A DNA stretch of 64,000 bases from Gordonibacter sp. 28C (GTDB taxonomy: Bacteria > Actinomycetota > Coriobacteriia > Coriobacteriales > Eggerthellaceae): NCBI RefSeq assembly GCF_003339845.1, contig NZ_PPTR01000004.1, forward strand, positions 167,719 through 231,718. The letters run 5' to 3'. A program made the position numbers and the translations under genes. Each line of letters starts with the position of its first letter. Positions within the stretch are counted from its first letter, which is position 1. The notes under the pieces are model-generated. The model was given only the letters and a program-made list of their open reading frames with translations, did not search any database and was not told the DNA's origin. Below, piece by piece: positions 35,287-43,518 of this stretch.

Positions 35287-35625
35287 GTCCTCGATCTTCT
35301 CCACGGGAAACCCCAATCCCTCAGGGAGGGCGCGCGGCCGTGCGCCCTCGTATGTGTGTATCTGTGCAGGTATGCGCATGCGTAAACGCGTAGATGTGCG
35401 GATACGTGTGTGCATACCCATGCGAACGTCAGCGAGGAAGCCCGCGGATGAGCGAGGCGAAGTCTGCATCGACGCGCGAGCGGTCCAGCTCCCAGAGGCC
35501 GGCGATGAAGTCGAGCAGGACCCTCACCGTCCCGGTGCGCTCGGGTCGCGGGAGGCGCGGCACCAGCAGGACGACGGAGTAGAGGGCCTGCTCATAGCTG
35601 CGCCCCTCCTGGGGGGCACGGCGGC

Positions 35626-36657
35626 TCATCGCCCGGCCCCCTCGGCATCGCAGGGCGCCATGCGGCGGTCCGGGCCGTCCATCTTGACGCGCTCGGTCAT
35701 CTCGGCCAGGCGCGAGACGATAGCCAGGGCGTCCTCCTTGCGGCCGTACTCCGACAGCACCGCGGCGAGGCCAGCCTGGGTGTACTGGCTTGTCACGATC
35801 GTGGCGCGCTCGGCCTCGTAGCGGCCGTTGACGATCTGGAACAGCTTCGCGAGCACCCACTGGGTCGAGGAGTCCTTGCCCAGGTCGTCGATGATCAGGA
35901 TCGGGACGTTCACGTACCTGCGGATTACGTCGGCCTCGCTGTCGCCGCCCTTGTCGAAGGTCGAGCGGAGCTCGGTCATGAGGTCCGCCGAGACGACGAA
36001 CCTGACGCCGTGCTTGGGCCTGCCCTTCGGGACGGGCCGGTACGCCCAGTTGCCGAAGCGGGGATCGAGGCGCGAGCCGGCGTAGTCGTAGGCGATACGG
36101 CACGCCATCTCGGTCTTGCCGACCCCGCGCGGACCGTAGATGTACAGCCCGCCGCCGTGCGCGAGGCGCGCGTCGTAGGCATGCTCCGGGGCGGCCACTC
36201 CCTCGGCGATGCGGCGGGCGAAGCGCGGCGGGATGCCGGTCTTGCGCACGACCGCCTCATGGAACGCGGGATCGGTCGCGGCGAGGGCGGCTACGTCCGC
36301 AATCTCGAGCGGAGGCAGGGCGCCGCCGACGGGAAGCGGCGCGGCTGTTGCAGCCGGGGCCTCGGGCACGGGCGCCGCTGGCACCGGAGTCCGAACGGGC
36401 GCCGCGGCGGGGGCCGGGTGCTCCGGCTCGAGGTAATGCGGCCCCATCTCGTGCCACGCGTCCGCCTCCGCCCTCCAATCGAGCACCGGCGTGCCGTCCG
36501 CGCGCCGCCAGGCGCGGGCATCGTGGTATGCGTAGAAGAAGTTGCCGTAGAAGGCGTTGACGGAGCCGCGGTCGTCGTAGCCCTTCCCGCGGACGTAGGC
36601 CTCGACTTCCTCGAGCGCGGGCCTTTTCGGCCTCGCCTGCGCTTGCGTGTCGTTCAT
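35626..36657 (-). CDS. DnaC/IstB-like AAA+ helicase-loader ATPase
   Basis: Walker A YIYGPRGVGKTEMA, Walker B ILIIDDLGKD. GGAGGGAG RBS. Lies 20 nt downstream of the rep gene stop. Confidence 0.85.
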   Translation of the reverse strand: MNDTQAQARPKRPALEEVEAYVRGKGYDDRGSVNAFYGNFFYAYHDARAWRRADGTPVLDWRAEADAWHEMGPHYLEPEHPAPAAAPVRTPVPAAPVPEAPAATAAPLPVGGALPPLEIADVAALAATDPAFHEAVVRKTGIPPRFARRIAEGVAAPEHAYDARLAHGGGLYIYGPRGVGKTEMACRIAYDYAGSRLDPRFGNWAYRPVPKGRPKHGVRFVVSADLMTELRSTFDKGGDSEADVIRRYVNVPILIIDDLGKDSSTQWVLAKLFQIVNGRYEAERATIVTSQYTQAGLAAVLSEYGRKEDALAIVSRLAEMTERVKMDGPDRRMAPCDAEGAGR

Positions 36658-36679
36658 CTCGGTTCTCCCTCCGTCTGAG

Positions 36680-38068
36680 CTAATCGTCGTTGAACTCGCT
36701 GAAATCGCTGTCGGCGGCCACGCGCTCGGCGACGCTCATGGCCCTCTTCGCGCCAGACGGGCCGGACTTACGGGCGGAGCGCGGCGCGGGCTTGCGGCGC
36801 CAGGTGTTCACGACGTTCTTCCATCGGACGATCGGCACGCCGCCCGCGCGGACCCAGCCGGTGGCCTCGTAGTAGTCGAAGAACTCGTCGGGGTCGATCA
36901 CGCGGTAGGCGGGATTGTCCGGGTCGGGGGCGTCATAGCCCTTCTCGTGCACGTACTTTCGGACCTGCTCGCGGGTCGGCGCCTTCGACGGGGCGGCCTT
37001 CTCCTCGGCTGCGGCCACGGCGCCGGAATCGACGAGATCGGCCCTCAGGTCGTAGAACCTCAGGCCGTTTCCGGCGGCGAGGAACTTGGGCAGCGACATG
37101 ATGTAGCGCCCGTCGGTGTGCGATGCCGCGTACTCGCGGCGGTAGGTGTCGTAGGCGCGACCGATGCGCGGAAGCGTCCAGCCGTCCGCGAGGGCGCGGG
37201 CATAAGCCTCGGCGACGTCGGCGAAGACCTCCGCCTTGCCGATGGACATGCGCATGAGGGCAAGCACCTCGGCGTTTGGGACCGGGACCTCCGTCTCGAG
37301 CCCAAGGCCGGCCTCCGATGCGACCCTCACGACCGTGACCGAGTCGCCCGCAGCCTTCGACATGACCGGGTCTTCGACAGACGGCAGCGCGCCCGCGCGC
37401 CCTCTCCCACTAACATCAATAACAACATCCTTGTTAGTGTCGCAAAAATTGGTACACGGTGAAATCGTTTCCCCAGTTGGGCCCGTGTACCAATTTTTGG
37501 TACACGGTGAATCTAGTTGCAAACTAACGTTAGTTTGGTCGCCCGTGTACCAATTTTTGGTACACGGCGAATCCTGCGGGTTGTTGATAACCTCGTTTTC
37601 AACCCCCTCCCCCGGCAAGTTTTCAACAGCGCCCGCCCCAGTCGATTTCGAGTTATCGACAGGCACGAAACGGCGCTCCTCGGGGATCTCGGCATTGACC
37701 ACGTAACGGTTCGAGAGATAGCGCCCTTGGCCCTGCGCGCGGCCCTGGTGCACGCTGATGTAGCCGCACTCGACCAGGGTTCGGCGGTGGCGGTAGTAGG
37801 TGTTGCGCGACATCGCGAGGTGGGTGCAGATCGTGTCCACGGACGGGAACAGCGAATGGGTGCCCGCGCCGGCATGGGCGCAGAAGTAGGCGTAGACGCC
37901 CTTGGCCGACGACGACAGGCGGGTGTCCTCGGTCGCCTTGGCCGAGACGATGCCGAAGCCGCGCTCCATGAGGTCGCCGCCGAAGACGACGACCGCGCCG
38001 TCGCGGTCCAGGATCTCGAACGTCTCGTCGAGCTCGTCGCGGGTGCGGCCGGCGGGCTGTGCCGCCAT
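36680..38068 (-). CDS. replication initiator protein with N-terminal winged-HTH (DnaD/RepA/phage O-like)
   Basis: ATG with an AAAGGAG RBS (MAAQPAGRTR…). wHTH KGVYAYFCAHAG…DTICTHLAMSRNTYYRHRRTLVECGYISV. The central linker is encoded by iteron DNA (SPCTKNWYTG repeats). Confidence 0.75.
   Translation of the reverse strand: MAAQPAGRTRDELDETFEILDRDGAVVVFGGDLMERGFGIVSAKATEDTRLSSSAKGVYAYFCAHAGAGTHSLFPSVDTICTHLAMSRNTYYRHRRTLVECGYISVHQGRAQGQGRYLSNRYVVNAEIPEERRFVPVDNSKSTGAGAVENLPGEGVENEVINNPQDSPCTKNWYTGDQTNVSLQLDSPCTKNWYTGPTGETISPCTNFCDTNKDVVIDVSGRGRAGALPSVEDPVMSKAAGDSVTVVRVASEAGLGLETEVPVPNAEVLALMRMSIGKAEVFADVAEAYARALADGWTLPRIGRAYDTYRREYAASHTDGRYIMSLPKFLAAGNGLRFYDLRADLVDSGAVAAAEEKAAPSKAPTREQVRKYVHEKGYDAPDPDNPAYRVIDPDEFFDYYEATGWVRAGGVPIVRWKNVVNTWRRKPAPRSARKSGPSGAKRAMSVAERVAADSDFSEFNDD
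37440..37570. repeat. iteron/palindrome cluster inside rep gene: candidate origin of replication
   Basis: Two perfect 25-bp palindromes CCGTGTACCAATTTTTGGTACACGG (37483-37507, 37543-37567) plus a half-site at 37445-37460. An 18-bp palindrome CAAACTAACGTTAGTTTG sits at 37517-37534. Further IRs (CACTAACA…TGTTAGTG) lie at 37410-37440. Confidence 0.55.
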
Positions 38069-38084
38069 GCCGCGCTCCTTTGCG

Positions 38085-38453
38085 CTACTCACGGCACTGC
38101 ACCCCCTCCCGCACGACCTCGGCGGGGATCGGGACCATGCAGAGCTCCCCGTCCCGGTCCTCGCCGTAGGGCGTCACGATGTCGACGATGTAGCCGCCGC
38201 GCTCGAGCGCGGCCAGCGCCTCGTCGTAGTCGCGGCGCGGCAGGCCGGCCTCGGCCGCCGCGATGTCGCGCGCCGGGCACTCGATCGCCACCGACATGGG
38301 ATCGCGCGCCACGATGCAGCAGAAGACCGACTTCTGCTCGAGCGTGAGGTCGCCGTCGTCGAAGATCGGGCGGATACGCCGCGCCCAGAACCTATCGCCG
38401 ACCGTCATCCTCGCCGTGCCGGCCTGATTCCCGGCGGAATCTTTCCTTCCCAT
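38085..38453 (-). CDS. hypothetical protein (122 aa)
   Basis: Start MGRKDSAGNQ after GGAGGGA. Immediately upstream of rep. Confidence 0.55.
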   Translation of the reverse strand: MGRKDSAGNQAGTARMTVGDRFWARRIRPIFDDGDLTLEQKSVFCCIVARDPMSVAIECPARDIAAAEAGLPRRDYDEALAALERGGYIVDIVTPYGEDRDGELCMVPIPAEVVREGVQCRE

Positions 38454-38499
38454 ATGCCATCCCTCCATGGTCATCCATCGCGGGCCCAGGCCCGCATCC

Positions 38500-38640
38500 T
38501 GTGTCTGTATCTACCCAAATGTGCAGATGCGCAATCGCACAAATACGTAAAAACGAAAATGTGCGGTTGCGTATATGCGCATATGCGTGCATGCGTATGT
38601 ATGCTGATGTGTGGGATGAAAAAGGCACAGGCCGTTTGGA
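38500..38640 (-). promoter_or_regulatory. conserved island promoter/operator module, copy E
   Basis: TATCTACCCAAATGTGCAGATGCGCAATCGCACAAATACGTAAAAACG…GCGTATATGCGCATATGCGTGCATGCGTATGTATGC. Confidence 0.5.
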
Positions 38641-38652
38641 CCCGTGCCTGAA

Positions 38653-38988
38653 TCAGCGCGCGTCGACCTTGAGGAAAGTCGATACCTTGATCTCGCTCTG
38701 CCCGCCGGCCTCGGCCCTCCTCGGACGGCCGTCGAGAAACGATGCCGCCCTCGCCTCGGCCAGCTCCCCCTCGAGCACCACGGCGACGCCGGGGGCGAGG
38801 GAGGCCGCCACGGCCATCGCCACCGGGCCGAACGCGACGCAGTGGAACCTGTGCTCGACGCGGCGCGAGCCCGCCGCCTTCTCCTGGGACAGGCAGAAGC
38901 GCGCGTGCGCGGGCCCCCTGTCCGGCTCCGTGAACTCCACGGGCCCGAACACGAGCCCCGACACCACGATCCTGTTGACCGTTTCCAA
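38653..38988 (-). CDS. SSB-like OB-fold protein lacking acidic C-terminal tail
   Basis: TTG start after GGAAGGAAGGAG. ETVNRIVVSGLVFGPVEF…HRFHCVAFGPVA…VVLEGELAEARAASFLDG…EIKVSTF. 111 aa. Confidence 0.65.
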   Translation of the reverse strand: METVNRIVVSGLVFGPVEFTEPDRGPAHARFCLSQEKAAGSRRVEHRFHCVAFGPVAMAVAASLAPGVAVVLEGELAEARAASFLDGRPRRAEAGGQSEIKVSTFLKVDAR

Positions 38989-39251
38989 ACCCCGACTCCT
39001 TCCTTCCCAAGCCATCCGTCTCGGAGGTTAAGCCGCCGGCTGCGGCGGCCTGGGGCTCTTTATGCCCATTGAGGGGGAGTTTCAACGCGCGGGTTGCGCG
39101 ATTTGCGGCAAACGAAGGCGCTTTTCTCCATAAACGGTCCATATGGAGAGAAAAACACAACTCGATCTGGGGCATTTTCGCGGTTCGCCCATGGGATAGG
39201 TAGGCTTTCGGTCGGATCCGGAGCCATGGGTGCGGGAGGTTTCCACGCCCT

Positions 39252-39283
39252 AAAAATGAAAAAGCCCCCTGAACAGGGGGTTT
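39252..39283 (-). terminator. rho-independent terminator (minus strand)
   Basis: CCCCCTG-AA-CAGGGGG, followed on the minus strand by CTTTTTCATTTTT. Confidence 0.5.
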
Positions 39284-39586
39284 GAAAATAGGAGGGAGCG
39301 ATAATTGCAGCCATCAAACAGCAGCAGTTTTTTGCGTTGCTTAGCACACATCTCATCGGTCCAAATCAGTCAGCGAGAACTTTGCCTCGTCGGTTGGCAG
39401 CGCCAAGCCGCCCCAGTTGGCGTAGTAAGTCAGCGAGGGCGGCCGTGGTGCCCGAGATCGTGGGGATGGCGAGGGCGAAGCGTACTTTGGTACGCGAGCT
39501 CTCGCCATCGCCGCGAGATCGGGTGCCACGGGCGGCCGCAGCGTCGGCTCGTTCCGGCGGCCGGCAGGCCGCCGGAACCCCAGAAC

Positions 39587-40333
39587 CTAATAGTTTTGGC
39601 GGAGCCACTCGTACATGCAGGCCGTGGAGGCCTGGGCGACGTTGAGGGAGGCCACCTCGCCCATCTGGGGAAGCTTCACCAGGAAGTCGCAGCTTTCCTT
39701 CACCACGCGGGACAGGCCCTCGGCCTCGTTGCCCATGACGAGCGCGATCTTGCCCTTCATGTTCGAGCGCCAGATGACGTCGTCGGCCTGCTCGCTGGCG
39801 CCCGCCACCCAGAAGCCGCGCTCCTTGAGGCGAGCCATGACCTGCACGAGGTTCGGCACCTGCGCCACGGGCATGTGCGCGATGGCGCCCGCCGAGCTCT
39901 TGTAGGTGGAGGCGTCCACCTTCGCGCTGCGCTTGTTCGGAATGACCAGGCCGCAGGCGCCCACGGCCTCGGCGCTGCGCGCGATGGCCCCCAGGTTGCC
40001 GGCGTCGGTGAGGTGGTCGAGGATGACGACGAGCGCCCGGCCGTCGTGCTCTTCGGCGTAGGTTTCCGCGGCGCGCTCGATCTCGGCGATGTCCACGTAG
40101 GCGTGCGGCTTCGTCTCCGCCATGACGCCCTGGTGGCTGCCGCGCTCGGACCTCTCGTCCAGCGTCTTGCGCGGCACCGTGACCACGGGCACGTCGAAGT
40201 GCTTCGCCTTGCGCAAGACGTCCTCTATCAGGCCGTCGCGTTTCACGTTGTCGGCGAGCAGGATGCGCTTGACGGGCACCTGCGTGCGCAGCGCCTCGAT
40301 GATGGGGCGTTTGCCCTCGATGTAATCAGCCAT
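39587..40333 (-). CDS. rlmB: 23S rRNA (guanosine-2'-O)-methyltransferase, SpoU/TrmH family
   Basis: TrmH-family motifs (LDHLTDAGNLGAIARSA, LVMGNEAEGLS). Start MADYIEGKRP. Confidence 0.85.
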   Translation of the reverse strand: MADYIEGKRPIIEALRTQVPVKRILLADNVKRDGLIEDVLRKAKHFDVPVVTVPRKTLDERSERGSHQGVMAETKPHAYVDIAEIERAAETYAEEHDGRALVVILDHLTDAGNLGAIARSAEAVGACGLVIPNKRSAKVDASTYKSSAGAIAHMPVAQVPNLVQVMARLKERGFWVAGASEQADDVIWRSNMKGKIALVMGNEAEGLSRVVKESCDFLVKLPQMGEVASLNVAQASTACMYEWLRQNY

Positions 40334-40449
40334 GGATGGTGTCGCTTTCCGCAGCCGGCCCGGCCGGCTTGTCGCGCTTAGGGTTCGATATCGAACGGAA
40401 AGTGTACCACGCCCATCCGCACGCGAGCGGGCCTTCGATAAAAACTGCG

Positions 40450-41919
40450 TCAATCGCCCAGCGAAGGAGCCGGCTTCGCCAGGCAATCGCATTCCGGATA
40501 GGCCATGCCCTCCAAATAGGGCACGGCGCAATTCTTCCCCGCGGCCTTCGCGCGGTAAAGGGCGATGTCGGCGCGACGGTACAACTCGGAGAACGGATGC
40601 GGGTCCTGCGACACCACCACGCCCACGCTGAGGCTGACGTCATGCGGAAGACCGCGATCGGCCGCCGTGCTGCGGAACGCGGCGATGAGGGCCTCGGACC
40701 GCTCCATGACGACGCGCGGGTCGTACACGTCGCGCATGAACACCATGAACTCGTCGCCTCCCAGACGCGCGACGACGTCGCTCGTGCGGAACAGCGCGCG
40801 GGCGGTGTCCACGAAAGACGTGAGCAGGTCGTCGCCGACAAGGTGGCCGAACTGGTCGTTAACCGACTTGAAGCAGTCCACGTCGGCCAGAAGGCACGCA
40901 TAGGACACGTCGGGCTGCTTGGAAGCGCAGTACTCCCGCAAGCGGCTTTGGAGGTACGAGCGGTTGTAGGCGCGCGTCAACGCGTCGGTGGAAGACTGCT
41001 CCAGCAGCTCGTATTCCCCCGAAACGTCCACGATCTTGCCCACGTACTTCACAAGCCGGCCCTCGCCGTCGTAGATGCGGCGACCCAGAACGCGCTGGTG
41101 CACGTAGGCGTCGCGCTCGCCTTTGCGGCCGTCGAAGAAGAACACGGGACGCAGGCGGTACACGTACGCGTAAGCGTCGTGCTCCGTGCCGGGTTCTGGC
41201 TTGGCCTGCGACAGCAGACGCGTATCGGCGGCGTAGCGCTCGCGGTCGTCGGGATGCACGAAGCCGCCGGGATCGAGCGTGCTCTTGCAGTGCTCCACCA
41301 CGATCTTGTTGCGCCTGATGTCCGGGTTCTCGCCGAAGCGGGTGGAGAACAGGTGCAGCGTGTCGCGCGCCACGTCGTACTCGTAGATGACGTCGTCGGA
41401 CAGCTCCGAGACGATCTCGTAGCGCTCGCGCTCGACCTTCGCCTGGGACAGCACGGCGTCGACGTCGACCGCGCCCACGTCCCGCGCGGTCAAACCGCGC
41501 GAGGCGGCCTCGCCGGCCGACGCGTCGGGGGCCGAGCTGTGCACATGGACGATGCGCCAGTCGCCCGCAACCGGCGCGTACACGAACGTGAGGCGGCGCA
41601 CGTACTCGTCGGCGGCGCACCCCTTCGTCGCGCGCGTGCGCAGGCTGGACAGCACGACGGCGCACGACTCGTTTCGGTAGGCCAGGTGGCACTCGTGGGA
41701 AACGATGCGCGACCCGATGCGGCGCGCGAACGAGCACGAGGCGTCCAGCAGTCGCGCGACGTCGTCGGCGTTGAAGGCGCTCAAGTCCGCGATGTAGCCG
41801 TAGCAGGTCGCGTGCGACGGATCGAGGTAGGCGAGCGCGGCATCGAGGTCGCCCCGTTCGTAGCAGGCCTCCACGAAACCGCGCGTTTTATCGACCAGCA
41901 AGAATGCCAGGCTCCCCAT
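40450..41919 (-). CDS. GGDEF-domain diguanylate cyclase with N-terminal sensor region
   Basis: Start MGSLAFLLV. RAYNRSY…DVDCFKSVNDQFGH…GGDEF…ADIALYRAK. Confidence 0.85.
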   Translation of the reverse strand: MGSLAFLLVDKTRGFVEACYERGDLDAALAYLDPSHATCYGYIADLSAFNADDVARLLDASCSFARRIGSRIVSHECHLAYRNESCAVVLSSLRTRATKGCAADEYVRRLTFVYAPVAGDWRIVHVHSSAPDASAGEAASRGLTARDVGAVDVDAVLSQAKVERERYEIVSELSDDVIYEYDVARDTLHLFSTRFGENPDIRRNKIVVEHCKSTLDPGGFVHPDDRERYAADTRLLSQAKPEPGTEHDAYAYVYRLRPVFFFDGRKGERDAYVHQRVLGRRIYDGEGRLVKYVGKIVDVSGEYELLEQSSTDALTRAYNRSYLQSRLREYCASKQPDVSYACLLADVDCFKSVNDQFGHLVGDDLLTSFVDTARALFRTSDVVARLGGDEFMVFMRDVYDPRVVMERSEALIAAFRSTAADRGLPHDVSLSVGVVVSQDPHPFSELYRRADIALYRAKAAGKNCAVPYLEGMAYPECDCLAKPAPSLGD

Positions 41920-42009
41920 CGTCTCAGCTTCTCTCGTACGCTTCGTCGGATCGGCGTTTTCCGCCTTAATTGAGGGCACCATGCTAGCATAATGTCAAGG
42001 CAAAAAACG

Positions 42010-42021
42010 CCCCCCCCCCCC
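42010..42021. repeat. homopolymeric poly-C(12) tract in diguanylate-cyclase promoter region
   Basis: AAAAAACG-C12-GATTTTC, ~90 nt upstream of the 41919 start codon (poly-G on the coding strand). Confidence 0.9.
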
Positions 42022-42091
42022 GATTTTCATCAGTTACCCACGAGGTTGTGGTTTCGGCGCGGTTGCCGCGCATTCCGGTCGAGCCCTGCCC

Positions 42092-42895
42092 CTATCGGCG
42101 CTCCTCGCCCTCGCGATCCCCTTTCCGCGCGCGCGAGCGCTTGCGCTGCCGTCGTGTCGAGATGCGGTCGCCGCCGTGCAGGAACACGCCGGACACGAGC
42201 CGTTTGAGCGAGCCCAGGCCGCGTGTGACGTGCGGGGTGAGGTCGGCTTCGTCGCGCGTCTTCCAATCGAAGTACACGCTCCAGTAGCGCAGGAGCACCA
42301 CGGCGAGCACGCAGGCGATGCCGGCGACGACGAGCGGGCTTCCCAAGTAGGCGAGCACGGTGAACAGCAGCGAGCCGCCCAGGCCCGCCACCGCGTAGAA
42401 GTTCGACTGCTGGAATATGCCGGGCGTCTCGCCCACGCAGATGTCGCGCACCGCGCCGCCGCCCACGGCCGTGATGGCGCCCAGGATGACGGTGAGCACG
42501 AAGCCCTCGCCGCAAGCGTAGGCTTTGGACGCGCCCGCGAGCGCGAACAGGCCCACCGACAGCGCGTCGGCGAAGAACACCGTGGCGTCAAGGTGCTTGA
42601 ACAGGCCGCGGAAGTAGAACACGAACGCGCACAGCACGATGCACAGCAGGATGAGGTCGGGGTGCGACGTGAAGTACACGCCCTTGTCCTGCAGCAGCAC
42701 GTCGCGGATGATGCCGCCGCCGTACCCGGTGAGCAGGCCCAGCACCACGGTGCCGATGATGTCGAGCTTGCGGTCGCACGCGAACAGCGCGCCCGTGAGC
42801 ACGCCCACGACGACGGAGAAGTAGTCGATGCCCCACGGCACCGTGAGCACCTGCCCGTCCGCGAACGCCGAGCCGATGAATTCCGCTATGTCCAT
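42092..42895 (-). CDS. TRIC/UPF0126 family membrane cation channel protein
   Basis: Two-repeat glycine-rich membrane topology (GYGGGIIRDVLL…GGGAVRDICV). Confidence 0.8.
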   Translation of the reverse strand: MDIAEFIGSAFADGQVLTVPWGIDYFSVVVGVLTGALFACDRKLDIIGTVVLGLLTGYGGGIIRDVLLQDKGVYFTSHPDLILLCIVLCAFVFYFRGLFKHLDATVFFADALSVGLFALAGASKAYACGEGFVLTVILGAITAVGGGAVRDICVGETPGIFQQSNFYAVAGLGGSLLFTVLAYLGSPLVVAGIACVLAVVLLRYWSVYFDWKTRDEADLTPHVTRGLGSLKRLVSGVFLHGGDRISTRRQRKRSRARKGDREGEERR

Positions 42896-42979
42896 GCGCG
42901 CCTTCCCCGCGAGCCTCCGGTAAACCTGCGGTGCCCAGTGTCGCCATTTTCGGCGGGTCGGTCAAGAGGCGGGGTTTGC

Positions 42980-43510
42980 CTACAGCGCGGTTCCCTTCGT
43001 GGGGACTTTCAGGGCGTCGACGTCGACGCCTTCCAGCCTCAGCAGGGCTATCTTCTTCTGCAGGCCGCCGGCGTAGCCGGTGAGGCTGCGGGTGGAACCC
43101 ACCACGCGGTGGCACGGCAGGATGATGGAGATGGGGTTGTGGCCCACCGCGCCGCCCACGGCGCGGGCCGAGGTGCGCGCGCCGGTCTCTTCCTCGATGC
43201 GGCGCGCCAGCTCGCCGTACGTGGTGAGCTGGCCGTAGGGGATCTCCGCGAGCATCGTCCACACGCGTTGGCGAAACGCCGTGCCGCGCGGGCTCACGGG
43301 CGGGATGGGACCGGGGTCGGCGCCTTCGAAGTAGCGGTCGAGCCAGGCGCGCGCCTCCTGGAGCACGGGCAGCTCGGGGCGCTCCTCGGTTTCGCCGAGC
43401 GTGGCCTCGAAGTACTTCTGGCCGTCGAGCCACAGGCCCACGAGGGCGTCGCCGTCGCTGGCGACGGTGAGGGGGCCGACGGGCGAATTCAGGGTGCTGA
43501 GGTAGTCCAT
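42980..43510 (-). CDS. ogt: methylated-DNA--protein-cysteine methyltransferase
   Basis: Active-site PCHRVV. 176 aa. Confidence 0.9.
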   Translation of the reverse strand: MDYLSTLNSPVGPLTVASDGDALVGLWLDGQKYFEATLGETEERPELPVLQEARAWLDRYFEGADPGPIPPVSPRGTAFRQRVWTMLAEIPYGQLTTYGELARRIEEETGARTSARAVGGAVGHNPISIILPCHRVVGSTRSLTGYAGGLQKKIALLRLEGVDVDALKVPTKGTAL

Positions 43511-43518
43511 GGTTGATC

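Noticed and set aside
35429-36103. 224-aa ORF overlapping the 3' half of the DnaC-like gene
   Set aside because: Alternative frame of a gene with clear Walker A/B motifs. Arg-rich composition.
13060-38640. CRISPR array interpretation of the recurring GCGTAAACGC-containing repeats
   Set aside because: Copies are not regularly spaced and are separated by genes, not short unique spacers. Their orientation follows the adjacent gene and they sit at fixed distances from start codons. They are promoter/operator modules, not CRISPR repeats.
39270-39590. Possible tRNA/tmRNA (integration target) in the non-coding gap between the island terminator and rlmB
   Set aside because: No GGTTCGANTCC T-loop, D-loop, CCA-proximal acceptor pairing or tag-peptide reading frame was found on either strand. 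The gap is more likely rlmB 3' UTR or junction DNA.
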